NCBI GenBank assembly: GCA_030148865.1
Contig: JASBSR010000040.1
Coordinates: 62,518-126,517, forward strand
Source: Gammaproteobacteria bacterium
GTDB lineage: Bacteria; Pseudomonadota; Gammaproteobacteria; SZUA-229
Length of the DNA stretch: 64,000 nucleotides
Reading direction: 5' to 3'
The first letter of the stretch is position 1. The number at the start of each line of letters is the position of its first letter. The notes under the pieces are model-generated. The model did not search any database. It saw only the letters and a list, made by a program, of their open reading frames with translations, and had not been told where the DNA came from. Of this stretch, positions 29,027 to 38,339 are shown one piece after another. The position numbers and the translations under genes were made by a program.

Positions 29027-29674
29027 GTGAGAAAGTTCGCGCTCGGATTCCACAATTTCACCACCCCTGTAGCGCTCTTTATCCTGATTGTGAGTTTTAT
29101 CGCAGGTATTTTGTTCTGGGGAGCGTTCAACACCATCCTTGAATTAACCAATACCGAAAGTTTCTGTATCTCCTGTCATGAAATGAGAGACAACGTATAC
29201 AAGGAATATCGTCACAGCGTCCATTTCGCAAATGCTACTGGAGTACGCGCCACCTGCCCGGATTGTCATGTGCCTAAAGAATGGACGCATAAAGTGGCCC
29301 GAAAAATTGCTGCCACCAACGAATTATTCCACCATTTTGCCGGTTCTATAGATACCACAGAAAAATTCACTGCAAAGCGTTTCGAACTGGCGCAGATCGT
29401 CTGGCGCGTTATGAAGGAAACCGATTCTCGAGAATGCAGAAACTGCCACAGCGAAACCGCGATGGCATTATCCAGGCAAAGACCCGCCGCTGCAGAACAA
29501 CATGAACTTGCCCAGCAACAGCACAAAACCTGCATCGACTGCCATAAAGGTATCGCACATGAACTGCCAGAAAAATTTCTGGCGGCTGAGCACGAGCGCT
29601 TTGAAAAAGAAAAAGTCGATTGCATACAATGCCATGCCGATATGGCACACGCCAAACCCGGCGATGAAATCTGA
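29027..29674 (+). CDS. nirT: NapC/NirT-family membrane-anchored tetrahaem cytochrome c quinol dehydrogenase
   Basis: 215 aa, GTG start. N-terminal TM helix, four CxxCH motifs (CISCH, CPDCH, CRNCH, CIDCH) with NapC-family spacing. Confidence 0.8.
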   Translation: MRKFALGFHNFTTPVALFILIVSFIAGILFWGAFNTILELTNTESFCISCHEMRDNVYKEYRHSVHFANATGVRATCPDCHVPKEWTHKVARKIAATNELFHHFAGSIDTTEKFTAKRFELAQIVWRVMKETDSRECRNCHSETAMALSRQRPAAAEQHELAQQQHKTCIDCHKGIAHELPEKFLAAEHERFEKEKVDCIQCHADMAHAKPGDEI

Positions 29675-29897
29675 TTTCCGGAAACCGCCACCATTTTCAG
29701 TCACTTAGCCGTGATTGAAAATTGGATGAATTATTCAAAGGGGACTGGGATATGTAGCAGTGTTCGACGCAGCGTTGAATAGTTCATTACTTTGGGAGCT
29801 TCTCTGGGGTTTTCTACGGATTATTGACTTACGTCATAAATAGCGAGCATATATACCGGTACTGTTGCACGGGAAAAACCACCCTCAGGAGTCCAGG

Positions 29898-30539
29898 ATG
29901 TCAGTCAAACTCGCGCTATCAGCCCTGCTCGTTGCGGTATCGTGCTATTCACCATTACTGCTGGCTGCAAATAAAGCAGAGATCGCACTAGGCGAACAAA
30001 TCTATAATCAGAATTGCTCGGTCTGTCACCAGGCAGATGCTATCGGCAAGCCCGGCTTTGCACCATCGCTCACAAATCCAGAATTGCTTCACATAGCATC
30101 CGATAAATTTTTTGAAGGCACGATTCGTGATGGCCGCGGTGGCACCGGTATGCCACCATTTAGCCACCTGGGTAGAAAAAACATCAAGGCCATTGTCGCC
30201 TATTTACGCTCACATACTGACAAGCCAAATATTGCCGAAAAAGTGAATAAACAACCCGATGCACACGGGGATCCTCGGCTCGGTAAGGAATGGTTCCATT
30301 CTATTTGTTCCACCTGCCACGGCGCCAATGGCGATGGCTATAGTGCAGGCGGTACTGGAACCGCCATTGGTAAAAAAGGTTTTCTCAGTAAGGTATCTGA
30401 TGGCTTTATTCGCACCACCATCAAACTGGGACGTTCTAACACACGCATGCTTGGTTTTCAGGGTGCCAGCGGTCTCGCCAATCTGAGTGACCGGGAAATC
30501 GACGACATCATTGTTTACTTACGCAGTCTGCCTGAATAA
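29898..30539 (+). CDS. Periplasmic dihaem cytochrome c (c4/c552-type, NirB-like)
   Basis: About 213 aa from the ATG at 29898 (RBS AGGAG). Signal peptide. Two class-I cytochrome c domains with CSVCHQ and CSTCHG about 110 residues apart. Confidence 0.75.
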   Translation: MSVKLALSALLVAVSCYSPLLLAANKAEIALGEQIYNQNCSVCHQADAIGKPGFAPSLTNPELLHIASDKFFEGTIRDGRGGTGMPPFSHLGRKNIKAIVAYLRSHTDKPNIAEKVNKQPDAHGDPRLGKEWFHSICSTCHGANGDGYSAGGTGTAIGKKGFLSKVSDGFIRTTIKLGRSNTRMLGFQGASGLANLSDREIDDIIVYLRSLPE

Positions 30540-30553
30540 AGAGGATCCTGATC

Positions 30554-33274
30554 ATGAAACGCTTCAAAATAAATCGACGTACCTTTCTCAAGGGCAGCGC
30601 ATTTATCACCGGCTCCACCGCAGGCGCGGGCTTGATGGTGGCTGCCAACCCTGAGCTGGAAGCCGCAACTTCAACGATTGATTCCGCTTCGCGCACCACT
30701 GCGCTGGCACAGTGCCCGTATTGCGGCGTTGGCTGCGGCACTGTGATTCAGGTCGAGAACGGAAAAATTGTATCCATGCGCCCGGACAAAGATCATCCGA
30801 CAAATTTCGGTCTGCAATGTATAAAAGGCCTGACCGCTGCCGAACCGATTTATGTCGATCGTATGGAAGGTGATTCTTATGTACGCAAAGATGTCTGGGA
30901 TGAATGGAACAAACCCGGTCACGGTGATCTCGCTTATGTAAGCAAAACCAAAGGCTCGTTTGATGAAGAACATTTTGTCCGCGTACCTTACAAAGCGGCG
31001 GGCGAAATGGTCGATCACAAGATCGCACACTTTGCGAAGAAAGACGGTGGCAACTCGATAGCACTGTATGGCTCTGGCCAGCTCACCATGGAAGGCCAGT
31101 ATCTTGAAAACCTGTTCATGAAGGGCGTACTAGGTTCCAATACCATTGAAGCCAATGCGCGTATGTGTATGACTTCGGCGGTCACCGGCTACTTTGCTAC
31201 CCTTGGCTCAGATACACCGCCTCTGGCCTATGAAGACATTGAGATGTGCGACATGATTATGCACTTTGGTCATAATGCACGCGAATCACACCCGATTATT
31301 TTCTGGCGCGCTGCTGATTATAAAAAGAAAAACGATATCCCCACCGTAGTGGTTGATCCGCGTCGTACCGGAACTGTAATGGGATACGAGGACATCAACC
31401 CAAAAAATACTGTACACGTTCCTATTCTCAACGGTGACATAAGTTTTCTTAACGCCATCGCGCACGTGCTGCTGAAAGACCACGACGATGTCATTGACTG
31501 GGAATTTCTCAAAGCCCACGCCAACGGCTGGAAAGATTACGTAGACGGCGTAAAAGCCAATTATAGTCCCGAACAGGTGCAGGATCGTATGGGTGGCCCT
31601 AATCACGATGTATCACCCGAACTCATCAGACGCGTCGCTGGCATGTTTGCCGACGCCACTCGTAAGCGTCTGGCCCGCAGCAAAGGCAAGCAAAATGCCA
31701 GTGAAAGTGGTGTACCCGGTGGTGATGGTTATGGTGGTGTCATCATCATGTGGGGTATTGGTTACAATCAGCACATTCACGGCCAGAACAATGTAATTTC
31801 AATCATTAACCTGCTGACACTGACCGGCAATCTGGCCAAACCTGGCTGTGGCCCGTTTTCAATGACCGGCCAGCCCAATGCCATGGGCGAACGTTTCACC
31901 GGCGGTTTAACCGGTCGTCTGCCTTTCAATCAGCCATTAAAAAATGCAGAGCATCGTTTACATATGGCCCAACACTGGCGGGTTCCAGAAAAAAATCTGG
32001 TGAATGCCATGAACTCTCAAAACCCGGGCATGGCTGTAGGCATGATGGAGCGAGCGTTGAAAGGCGATGTCAAAGCCATGTTTCTGGTCTATGCCACACA
32101 CATCGACTTGCCCGATCAGGAAAACCTTGTGCGCCCGGCATTAATGAAAACATTTAATGTGGTGCAGGAAATATATCGCCATGCACCCAATAATTTATAC
32201 GCCGATGTTATATTCCCGGCAGCAACCTGGGGTGAGGTTAACGGTGTTTATATCAGCTCTGAACGCCGGATCAATATCTGTGAACAGGCCGCTATGCCAC
32301 CCAAAGGCTGTTTACCCGATCTTGATATGGTCATCGACAAAGCCAAAGGGATTGGCGAATTACTCGGCCTCGACATGGAAAAAACCCTGCCCTACAAAAA
32401 AGGCAAGAATGGGTTTTACGATACTGAAGAAATTTTCCGCGATGTCTGCCGTGCATCCGAAGGTACTGATACTGATTTAACCGGCATACTCGAACGCGAA
32501 AAAGTCGATGGCATCTCACCGTATGAGCAGCTCAAGGAGCTGCGTGGCATCCAGTGGCCCGCACCGACCTACGCGATTGCCAAAGCAGGCGGTACCAAGC
32601 GTCGCTATATGCTGCAGGAAGGCAACTGGAAATCCAAACCCTACGGTTACTTCCGCACCAAGGATGGCAAGGTACACATGAAACTGTGCCAGCAGGATTA
32701 CAGTCAACGTGAAGCCGTGACCAAAAAACTGATGGAATTTGGTATCAAGAAAGATCTATACACGATTGACCATATCGACCTCATCAAGCAGGCGCGTGAT
32801 ATGGGGCTGACGCCCGACTTACCGGATGAAAAATATCGTGGCAAGCTCTGGCAGGATGTTCCCGATGACAAATTCCCCTACTGGTTTGGCCTCGGTGTTG
32901 TCTATGAGCATTTTCATACAGCCAAATCTAACCGTAGCCCGACTACACGACGGCTGGTGCCTGAAATGTATGTTGAAATGCACCCCGATGATGCCAAAGA
33001 TCTCGGCATCAAAGACGGCGACAAAGTACGGGTGGTGACTCGTCGTGGCTCACTGGAAGCCCGGGCACAGGTGGGCACTGCTAGTCTGGTTAAACCGGCA
33101 CGAAACAATGTACCACGCGGCTACATGTTCGGCCCCTGGAACCTGTCAGTTGCCGACAGCGCGGTACCGGAAAAAAATAAGTGGCTGGCGAATCGCGTTA
33201 CCAGCCGCGTCTGGGATCCCGTCTCGGGTCAGGTTGATTTCAAGAAATCAGCGGCACGCATAGAGAAAATATAG
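30554..33274 (+). CDS. napA: Periplasmic nitrate reductase catalytic subunit, long form
   Basis: 906 aa. Tat signal KINRRTFLKGSAF. FeS motif CPYCGVGCG (NapA: CRFCGTGCG), LQCIKGLT (LNCIKGYF), and GSGQLTMEGQY...NARMCMTSAVTG...HPIIF aligning with the NapA Mo-ligand Cys region. Confidence 0.85.
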   Translation: MKRFKINRRTFLKGSAFITGSTAGAGLMVAANPELEAATSTIDSASRTTALAQCPYCGVGCGTVIQVENGKIVSMRPDKDHPTNFGLQCIKGLTAAEPIYVDRMEGDSYVRKDVWDEWNKPGHGDLAYVSKTKGSFDEEHFVRVPYKAAGEMVDHKIAHFAKKDGGNSIALYGSGQLTMEGQYLENLFMKGVLGSNTIEANARMCMTSAVTGYFATLGSDTPPLAYEDIEMCDMIMHFGHNARESHPIIFWRAADYKKKNDIPTVVVDPRRTGTVMGYEDINPKNTVHVPILNGDISFLNAIAHVLLKDHDDVIDWEFLKAHANGWKDYVDGVKANYSPEQVQDRMGGPNHDVSPELIRRVAGMFADATRKRLARSKGKQNASESGVPGGDGYGGVIIMWGIGYNQHIHGQNNVISIINLLTLTGNLAKPGCGPFSMTGQPNAMGERFTGGLTGRLPFNQPLKNAEHRLHMAQHWRVPEKNLVNAMNSQNPGMAVGMMERALKGDVKAMFLVYATHIDLPDQENLVRPALMKTFNVVQEIYRHAPNNLYADVIFPAATWGEVNGVYISSERRINICEQAAMPPKGCLPDLDMVIDKAKGIGELLGLDMEKTLPYKKGKNGFYDTEEIFRDVCRASEGTDTDLTGILEREKVDGISPYEQLKELRGIQWPAPTYAIAKAGGTKRRYMLQEGNWKSKPYGYFRTKDGKVHMKLCQQDYSQREAVTKKLMEFGIKKDLYTIDHIDLIKQARDMGLTPDLPDEKYRGKLWQDVPDDKFPYWFGLGVVYEHFHTAKSNRSPTTRRLVPEMYVEMHPDDAKDLGIKDGDKVRVVTRRGSLEARAQVGTASLVKPARNNVPRGYMFGPWNLSVADSAVPEKNKWLANRVTSRVWDPVSGQVDFKKSAARIEKI

Positions 33275-33367
33275 AACCGGGTTGTACAGGTGAATGATGG
33301 GGGAAAACAAACAACGACACACCGAATGCCATAACAACTTATGCAACCGTTCACGTAAAAGATAAAA

Positions 33368-33943
33368 ATGAAGCGTAGAACCGCACTCAAGTTCATTGGT
33401 TTTGGCGCAGCTGTAGCATTGCGCCCTGAAATGAGCATTGCGGCGACATCCAGTCCTGTATTACGATTCCTGAGGCCACCGGGCGCACTCACAGAAAATG
33501 AATTTCTGCAACGCTGTATTCACTGTGGCCAGTGTGGTGAGGCCTGCCCTAATCGTTGTATTAATTTTTTTGATCTGGAAAACGGCATTGCGTCGAGTGA
33601 CACGCCGTATATCATTCCTCGCGAAAAAGCCTGCATCCTCTGCATGAAATGTGGTGAGGTCTGTCCTACGGGTGCCATTCAAAAGGTTGCTGCCACCATG
33701 GCAGACATCATTAGCAAGGTTCACATGGGACGAGCCGTCGTCGATAGACAATTATGTTTATCGTGGCAGGGTAAAACCTGCGGTGTGTGTTACCGCGCCT
33801 GCAAGCTTCCTGATGTCGCCATTCGTGTCGGCATGCTTGAGCAACCGCATGTCCTCGATCATTGCGTCGGCTGTGGCCTGTGCGAGCGCTCGTGTATTCA
33901 AATACCTCAGGCCATCCGCATCGTACCTGATGTTTCAGCATGA
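33368..33943 (+). CDS. napG: NapG-like Tat-exported four-cluster ferredoxin
   Basis: 191 aa. Tat motif KRRTALKF. Four ferredoxin motifs (CIHCGQCGEACP, CILCMKCGEVCP, CGVCYRAC, CVGCGLCERSC). Confidence 0.8.
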   Translation: MKRRTALKFIGFGAAVALRPEMSIAATSSPVLRFLRPPGALTENEFLQRCIHCGQCGEACPNRCINFFDLENGIASSDTPYIIPREKACILCMKCGEVCPTGAIQKVAATMADIISKVHMGRAVVDRQLCLSWQGKTCGVCYRACKLPDVAIRVGMLEQPHVLDHCVGCGLCERSCIQIPQAIRIVPDVSA

Positions 33944-34926
33944 ACGGGGACAACATCAAACCCTTTTTTCTCTGGAAACATTTAAATAAACTACGTTGGC
34001 TGAGTTTGATCAGCATTTTTACCGTGCTGATTTATTTACCTTATGCGCATCTTTATCAAACCTATGAATCGGCACATGCCTATGACCTACTGGCGGACTC
34101 AGAAAAATTCATCTATGACACGATGGAAACAATCACCTCGCCTTTTATCGATGACCCGATAGAAGATCTCGACGCGATCAAGGGCAACACCTGGTCAGGA
34201 ACATTTTTCGGATTTAAACTGAGCGATCCACTTGCGGTTATCTCGCAGATATTTTCTGGCATGACCATTTACACAGCATTTTTATTGACTGCGGCATTAC
34301 CTGTATTATTAACGTTTGTATTCGGACGTTTTTTCTGTGGCTGGATTTGCCCGGCGACATTTTTATATGAGCTCAACACCAACCTGGCGGCGGGCTTAAG
34401 ACGTGCTGGACTAAAAACAGGCAACCGGCGTTTTGATCGCCGTGCCAAATATCTTGTGCTCACTATTGGCCTGATACTCTCCGCCATCAGTGGCTCAGTG
34501 CTGGCCGCAAACATTTACCCACCAGCGATTATTGGTCGAGAAATTTATTATGCAATCGCCTTAGGCGGATTCGGCACGGGTGCGGTTTTTTTCGTCGCCA
34601 CGCTGATGTTCGACCTACTGGTCGCTCGTCGCGGTTTCTGTCGCTACTTGTGTCCGGGCGGCGCACTGTATTCCATACTCGGGCGTTTCCGCCTGGTTCG
34701 CATCCAGCGTGTTGTCGAAAACTGCAATGACTGCGCCAAGTGCAATGCCATCTGCGAATTTGGACTTGACCCGCTGCGCGATGATTTTGGGCAGGAGTGC
34801 AACAACTGTTCTGCGTGCATAGCTATCTGCCCCACTGACGCCCTCACCTTCAAAATCCGGATGACAGACAGCCATTTTCAGGGCCCGGGCCATCTAGGCC
34901 GGCAATACAGTAAAGCGGCCAGATAA
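33940..34926 (+). CDS. napH: NapH-like membrane quinol dehydrogenase subunit
   Basis: 328 aa with 4 TM helices, FCGWICP and FCRYLCPGGA motifs, and two C-terminal ferredoxin motifs (CNDCAKCNAICEF, CNNCSACIAICP). Overlaps the napG stop. Confidence 0.8.
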   Translation: MNGDNIKPFFLWKHLNKLRWLSLISIFTVLIYLPYAHLYQTYESAHAYDLLADSEKFIYDTMETITSPFIDDPIEDLDAIKGNTWSGTFFGFKLSDPLAVISQIFSGMTIYTAFLLTAALPVLLTFVFGRFFCGWICPATFLYELNTNLAAGLRRAGLKTGNRRFDRRAKYLVLTIGLILSAISGSVLAANIYPPAIIGREIYYAIALGGFGTGAVFFVATLMFDLLVARRGFCRYLCPGGALYSILGRFRLVRIQRVVENCNDCAKCNAICEFGLDPLRDDFGQECNNCSACIAICPTDALTFKIRMTDSHFQGPGHLGRQYSKAAR

Positions 34927-35534
34927 TGCTGCGTCGTAATTTTATTCAGCAAATCGTTTTCAGCACGGGCGTGCTGATGGCATCAACCCTGCCTTACGGT
35001 TTTAGTCGACTGCTGGCACCCGAAGTTAAAGCCGACCCTTCAAGACAGTTAAGACCGCCGGGGGCTTTAAAGAATGACCAGGCTTTTATCGAAGCCTGTA
35101 TCGGCTGTGGCTTATGTGGTGAAGCGTGTCCACCAAAGTGTATCAAGTTTTATCAACGTGATGGCGGTAGTAAGCATAATACGCCATACATTAATCCAGA
35201 GGAGAAAGCCTGTATACTGTGTAACAAGTGCATGGAGGTTTGCCCGACCAAGTCATTAACCCTGATACCCAGAGAAAACATTGACATGGGTATTTCACAG
35301 ATAGACCGACTCGCCTGTTATCCCTGGGTAGACCGTGGAATTTGCGGCGCCTGCGTCAGCATTTGTCCGTTGGGTGAACACGCCATTGGCTTTGAAATGT
35401 GGGGACAGTACCGGCCAACGGTAAAAAGTGGCTGCGTCGGCTGCGGTCTTTGCGTAGAAGTTTGCCCGCACCCCAGTCTACCGATCAGAATAGTCGAGCG
35501 ATCACAGGGCACTGTCATGAGACACCAGATATGA
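34926..35534 (+). CDS. Second NapG/MauM-like Tat ferredoxin (paralog of napG)
   Basis: 202 aa, RRNFI Tat-like motif. LRPPGALKNDQAFIEACIGCGLCGEACP...EKACILCNKCMEVCPT parallels the same positions in napG. Four clusters. Confidence 0.7.
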   Translation: MLRRNFIQQIVFSTGVLMASTLPYGFSRLLAPEVKADPSRQLRPPGALKNDQAFIEACIGCGLCGEACPPKCIKFYQRDGGSKHNTPYINPEEKACILCNKCMEVCPTKSLTLIPRENIDMGISQIDRLACYPWVDRGICGACVSICPLGEHAIGFEMWGQYRPTVKSGCVGCGLCVEVCPHPSLPIRIVERSQGTVMRHQI

Positions 35535-36115
35535 AACTGCTTAAATTGCTTGCCGTATTGCTCGCATGCCTTGTCTGGAGTGAAGCCGGCTTCGCGCATC
35601 ACGTCCTCGGTCGCCCCTCATATAGTCTTGGCGAAGATTCAAACACTCCCCCCGGTATGCAGATTGATACCCAAATCGGTAATTATTTTGTCACCTATAT
35701 GATATTTCCTGCATTTCCAAAAGCAGGCGAACGTGGTCGTGTCAACCTCTATGCCACCCGTCTTGACAACGGGAAGGCTTTGACCGGGCAGGTCGCATTT
35801 AAAGTTCGCGATGATGTGATGTTCGGCGACAACAACGAAGAAGTGCTGGGCACACAATCTCCCGATGACAGTGTTTTTCGTCAGGGTTTTGTTTTTAGCG
35901 GCGATGGCAAATACATTATTACGGCTGAATTTACCGCCGATGGCGAACCCTATAGTATTGATTTTCCCTTGCGCATAGGTCCACCAAATTCAATAGGCCC
36001 GATCGGTTTTGCTGTTGGTGCCATTTTGATTGTTCTGATCGGCGTCAATCTGATACAACGCAAACGCCTGTTGCATACCAAAATTCGGCGTGCTCACGAG
36101 GAAACCTCGCGATGA
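35531..36115 (+). CDS. Periplasmic single-pass membrane protein, possible CopC/YtkA/FixH-like metal-binding fold
   Basis: About 194 aa from the ATG at 35531. Signal peptide cleavable after AGFA would give a mature N-terminus HHVLG (His1, as in CopC-type proteins). C-terminal TM anchor IGPIGFAVGAILIVLIGV followed by basic residues. Confidence 0.4.
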   Translation: MKLLKLLAVLLACLVWSEAGFAHHVLGRPSYSLGEDSNTPPGMQIDTQIGNYFVTYMIFPAFPKAGERGRVNLYATRLDNGKALTGQVAFKVRDDVMFGDNNEEVLGTQSPDDSVFRQGFVFSGDGKYIITAEFTADGEPYSIDFPLRIGPPNSIGPIGFAVGAILIVLIGVNLIQRKRLLHTKIRRAHEETSR

Positions 36116-37644
36116 CGATGACACACCCGGGATTACCCGATTTTTGGGGGCTGATTATCATTAGCCTCATGTTGCTCGGTGTTATCTGGGTGGTATTTTC
36201 CCCACTCCCTGCACAGTTTAATCTCTCTACCTTCAGTCTCGCGCGGCTGCCGCTGCTGGGGCGTGGTTTTCGTAAACTGAGCGCAAGCCGCTGGTTACTG
36301 TTCTCGCTAAAGCTCATTGTTGTTGGGTTTTTTTTATTAATTATCATTGCGGGTCTTTTTGGCACGCCGATAGCGGAGCGCAACATTGCTACCGTACTCA
36401 CCTGGAACCTGTGGTGGTCAGGCCTGGTTTTTTCTATATTTTTCCTGGGCTCTGCATGGTGTGCCGTCTGTCCCTGGGATACGCTGGCACAATGGCTGGT
36501 TAAACGAAAGTTGTGGAAACGTCACCATCAAATCACCAGCCTGAACTTGCGCGTGCCGCGCTGGCTACAGAATGTATGGCCTGCGCTCGCTCTATTTATC
36601 ATACTCACCTGGCTTGAGCTGGGTGTCGGCATCACCAGCAATCCTTACGCCACCGCTGCAGTTTCTTTATTAATGGTTGTGCTCGCGACAATTTCACTCG
36701 CCCTTTTTCAGCGGAAAGCGTTTTGCCGTTACTTTTGTCCAGTCGGACGCACAGTGGGTTATTACTCGCAACTGGCACCTGTTGAACTGCGTCCAATCAA
36801 CCATGATGTATGCCTGAACTGTAAAACCCTGGACTGCTACCACGGCACTGATGAAGTTGAACCCTGTCCAACCTGGCTGGTCATGGGCCGCCTGCAACAA
36901 AACAGTTATTGCACCTCTTGTGGTAACTGCAGCCAGAGTTGTCCGCATGAAAATATCGCCTGGCGTTTACGCTCACCCAGTGTTGAAGCTCTGCACAGCG
37001 CGCGCCCACATTGGGATGAATCCTGGTTTATGATTGGCCTGCTGGCACTCACTGGTTTTCATGGACTCACCATGATGCCATTCTGGGAAATCTGGATGAG
37101 CGACCTGGCTCGTGTTATTGGCGACTCAGGCCGCTTATTATGGAGCTTTTCACTCGGACTGACTGCCAGTGTTGCTGTGATAGCGAGCACCTACGCAATA
37201 CTGGTTGCAATCACAAAAAATGTACTCGGCACCGATTTGCCATTTAAACGAATGTTCTCCAACTTTGCATTTGTTTCATTACCACTTGCCTTTTCCTATC
37301 ACATGGCACACAACCTGAATCATCTAATCCGTGAAGCCGGAAATATTGGCTCAGTATTTCTCAACCCGCTCGGCATTGACACATTACCACTGAGCATGAT
37401 GGAGAAACATCAACGACAGATAGACATGTGGCTCTCGCAGGATGTGATTTTCTCTATCCAGGCGGGTTTAATGATCTTTGGTTTCTGGATTGCACTCCAG
37501 GTGGTACGTTATCGCGGTTTTAAACTTGTCCCCGCCGGCACAAGTTTTGCCAGCCTGCGATTATTCCCCATCCTGATGTTTGCAATTCTGGTAACCGGAT
37601 TCCATCTCTGGTTATTGATGCAACCCATGATCATGAGAATGTAA
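36112..37644 (+). CDS. Polytopic NapH/MauN/CcoG-family membrane polyferredoxin (510 aa, atypical architecture)
   Basis: About 10 TM helices. CAVCPWD and FCRYFCPVG motifs typical of the NapH/CcoG family. Central ferredoxin motifs CLNCKTLDC...CP and CTSCGNCSQSCP, followed by about five further TM helices. Confidence 0.65.
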   Translation: MTMTHPGLPDFWGLIIISLMLLGVIWVVFSPLPAQFNLSTFSLARLPLLGRGFRKLSASRWLLFSLKLIVVGFFLLIIIAGLFGTPIAERNIATVLTWNLWWSGLVFSIFFLGSAWCAVCPWDTLAQWLVKRKLWKRHHQITSLNLRVPRWLQNVWPALALFIILTWLELGVGITSNPYATAAVSLLMVVLATISLALFQRKAFCRYFCPVGRTVGYYSQLAPVELRPINHDVCLNCKTLDCYHGTDEVEPCPTWLVMGRLQQNSYCTSCGNCSQSCPHENIAWRLRSPSVEALHSARPHWDESWFMIGLLALTGFHGLTMMPFWEIWMSDLARVIGDSGRLLWSFSLGLTASVAVIASTYAILVAITKNVLGTDLPFKRMFSNFAFVSLPLAFSYHMAHNLNHLIREAGNIGSVFLNPLGIDTLPLSMMEKHQRQIDMWLSQDVIFSIQAGLMIFGFWIALQVVRYRGFKLVPAGTSFASLRLFPILMFAILVTGFHLWLLMQPMIMRM

Positions 37645-38252
37645 TGGATCGCCGCGCATTTTTTAAAACCACGTTCAATAAAAGCACGAAGACAATCGTG
37701 GATGAAGCCAGCCGACGCGTCAACAAAAAAGCGTCGCGCTGGATTCGACCGCCGTTTGCCATCGATGAGCTCGATTTTTTACTCGCCTGCACTCGCTGCG
37801 GTGATTGTGGTGTGGCCTGTCCACACGAGGTCATATTCGACCTGCCAGCCCGTCTCGGTGCCAGGGTCGCCGGCACTCCGGCGCTGGATTTACTCAACAA
37901 GGGCTGCCATTTATGTAGCGACTGGCCCTGTGTCAACGCCTGTAGCCCCGGCGCTTTAGCGATCAAAATTACCGAGAATGAAAGCGCGAACACTGATACT
38001 CAGCCAGCCTCTGAGCTACCGAGACTGGCGGTCGCAGCGATCGACTCAGTCACCTGCCTGCCCTTCCACGGGCCTGAGTGTGGTGCCTGTATTCCATCCT
38101 GCCCGGTACCTGGCGCACTGTCGCTGGCGGTGACCCGGCCAGTGATTAATTCAGCACTGTGCACAGGCTGCGGCCTGTGTCGGGAAAACTGTATAGTCGA
38201 ACCCGGAGCGATTCGTATCAAATCGTTGTATACTATCAAGGCGCATACATAA
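37644..38252 (+). CDS. Third NapG/MauM-like Tat ferredoxin
   Basis: 202 aa. Tat motif DRRAFFKTT. IRPPFAIDELDFLLACTRCGDCGVACP and three further Cys clusters. Confidence 0.7.
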   Translation: MDRRAFFKTTFNKSTKTIVDEASRRVNKKASRWIRPPFAIDELDFLLACTRCGDCGVACPHEVIFDLPARLGARVAGTPALDLLNKGCHLCSDWPCVNACSPGALAIKITENESANTDTQPASELPRLAVAAIDSVTCLPFHGPECGACIPSCPVPGALSLAVTRPVINSALCTGCGLCRENCIVEPGAIRIKSLYTIKAHT

Positions 38253-38339
38253 ACCAATGATTTTATATGGTTTTTTGATTAAGCTTGTTATGGCAGTATA
38301 GCTAAATTTTATCCACCAGGTGATCACCAGAAGACTGAT

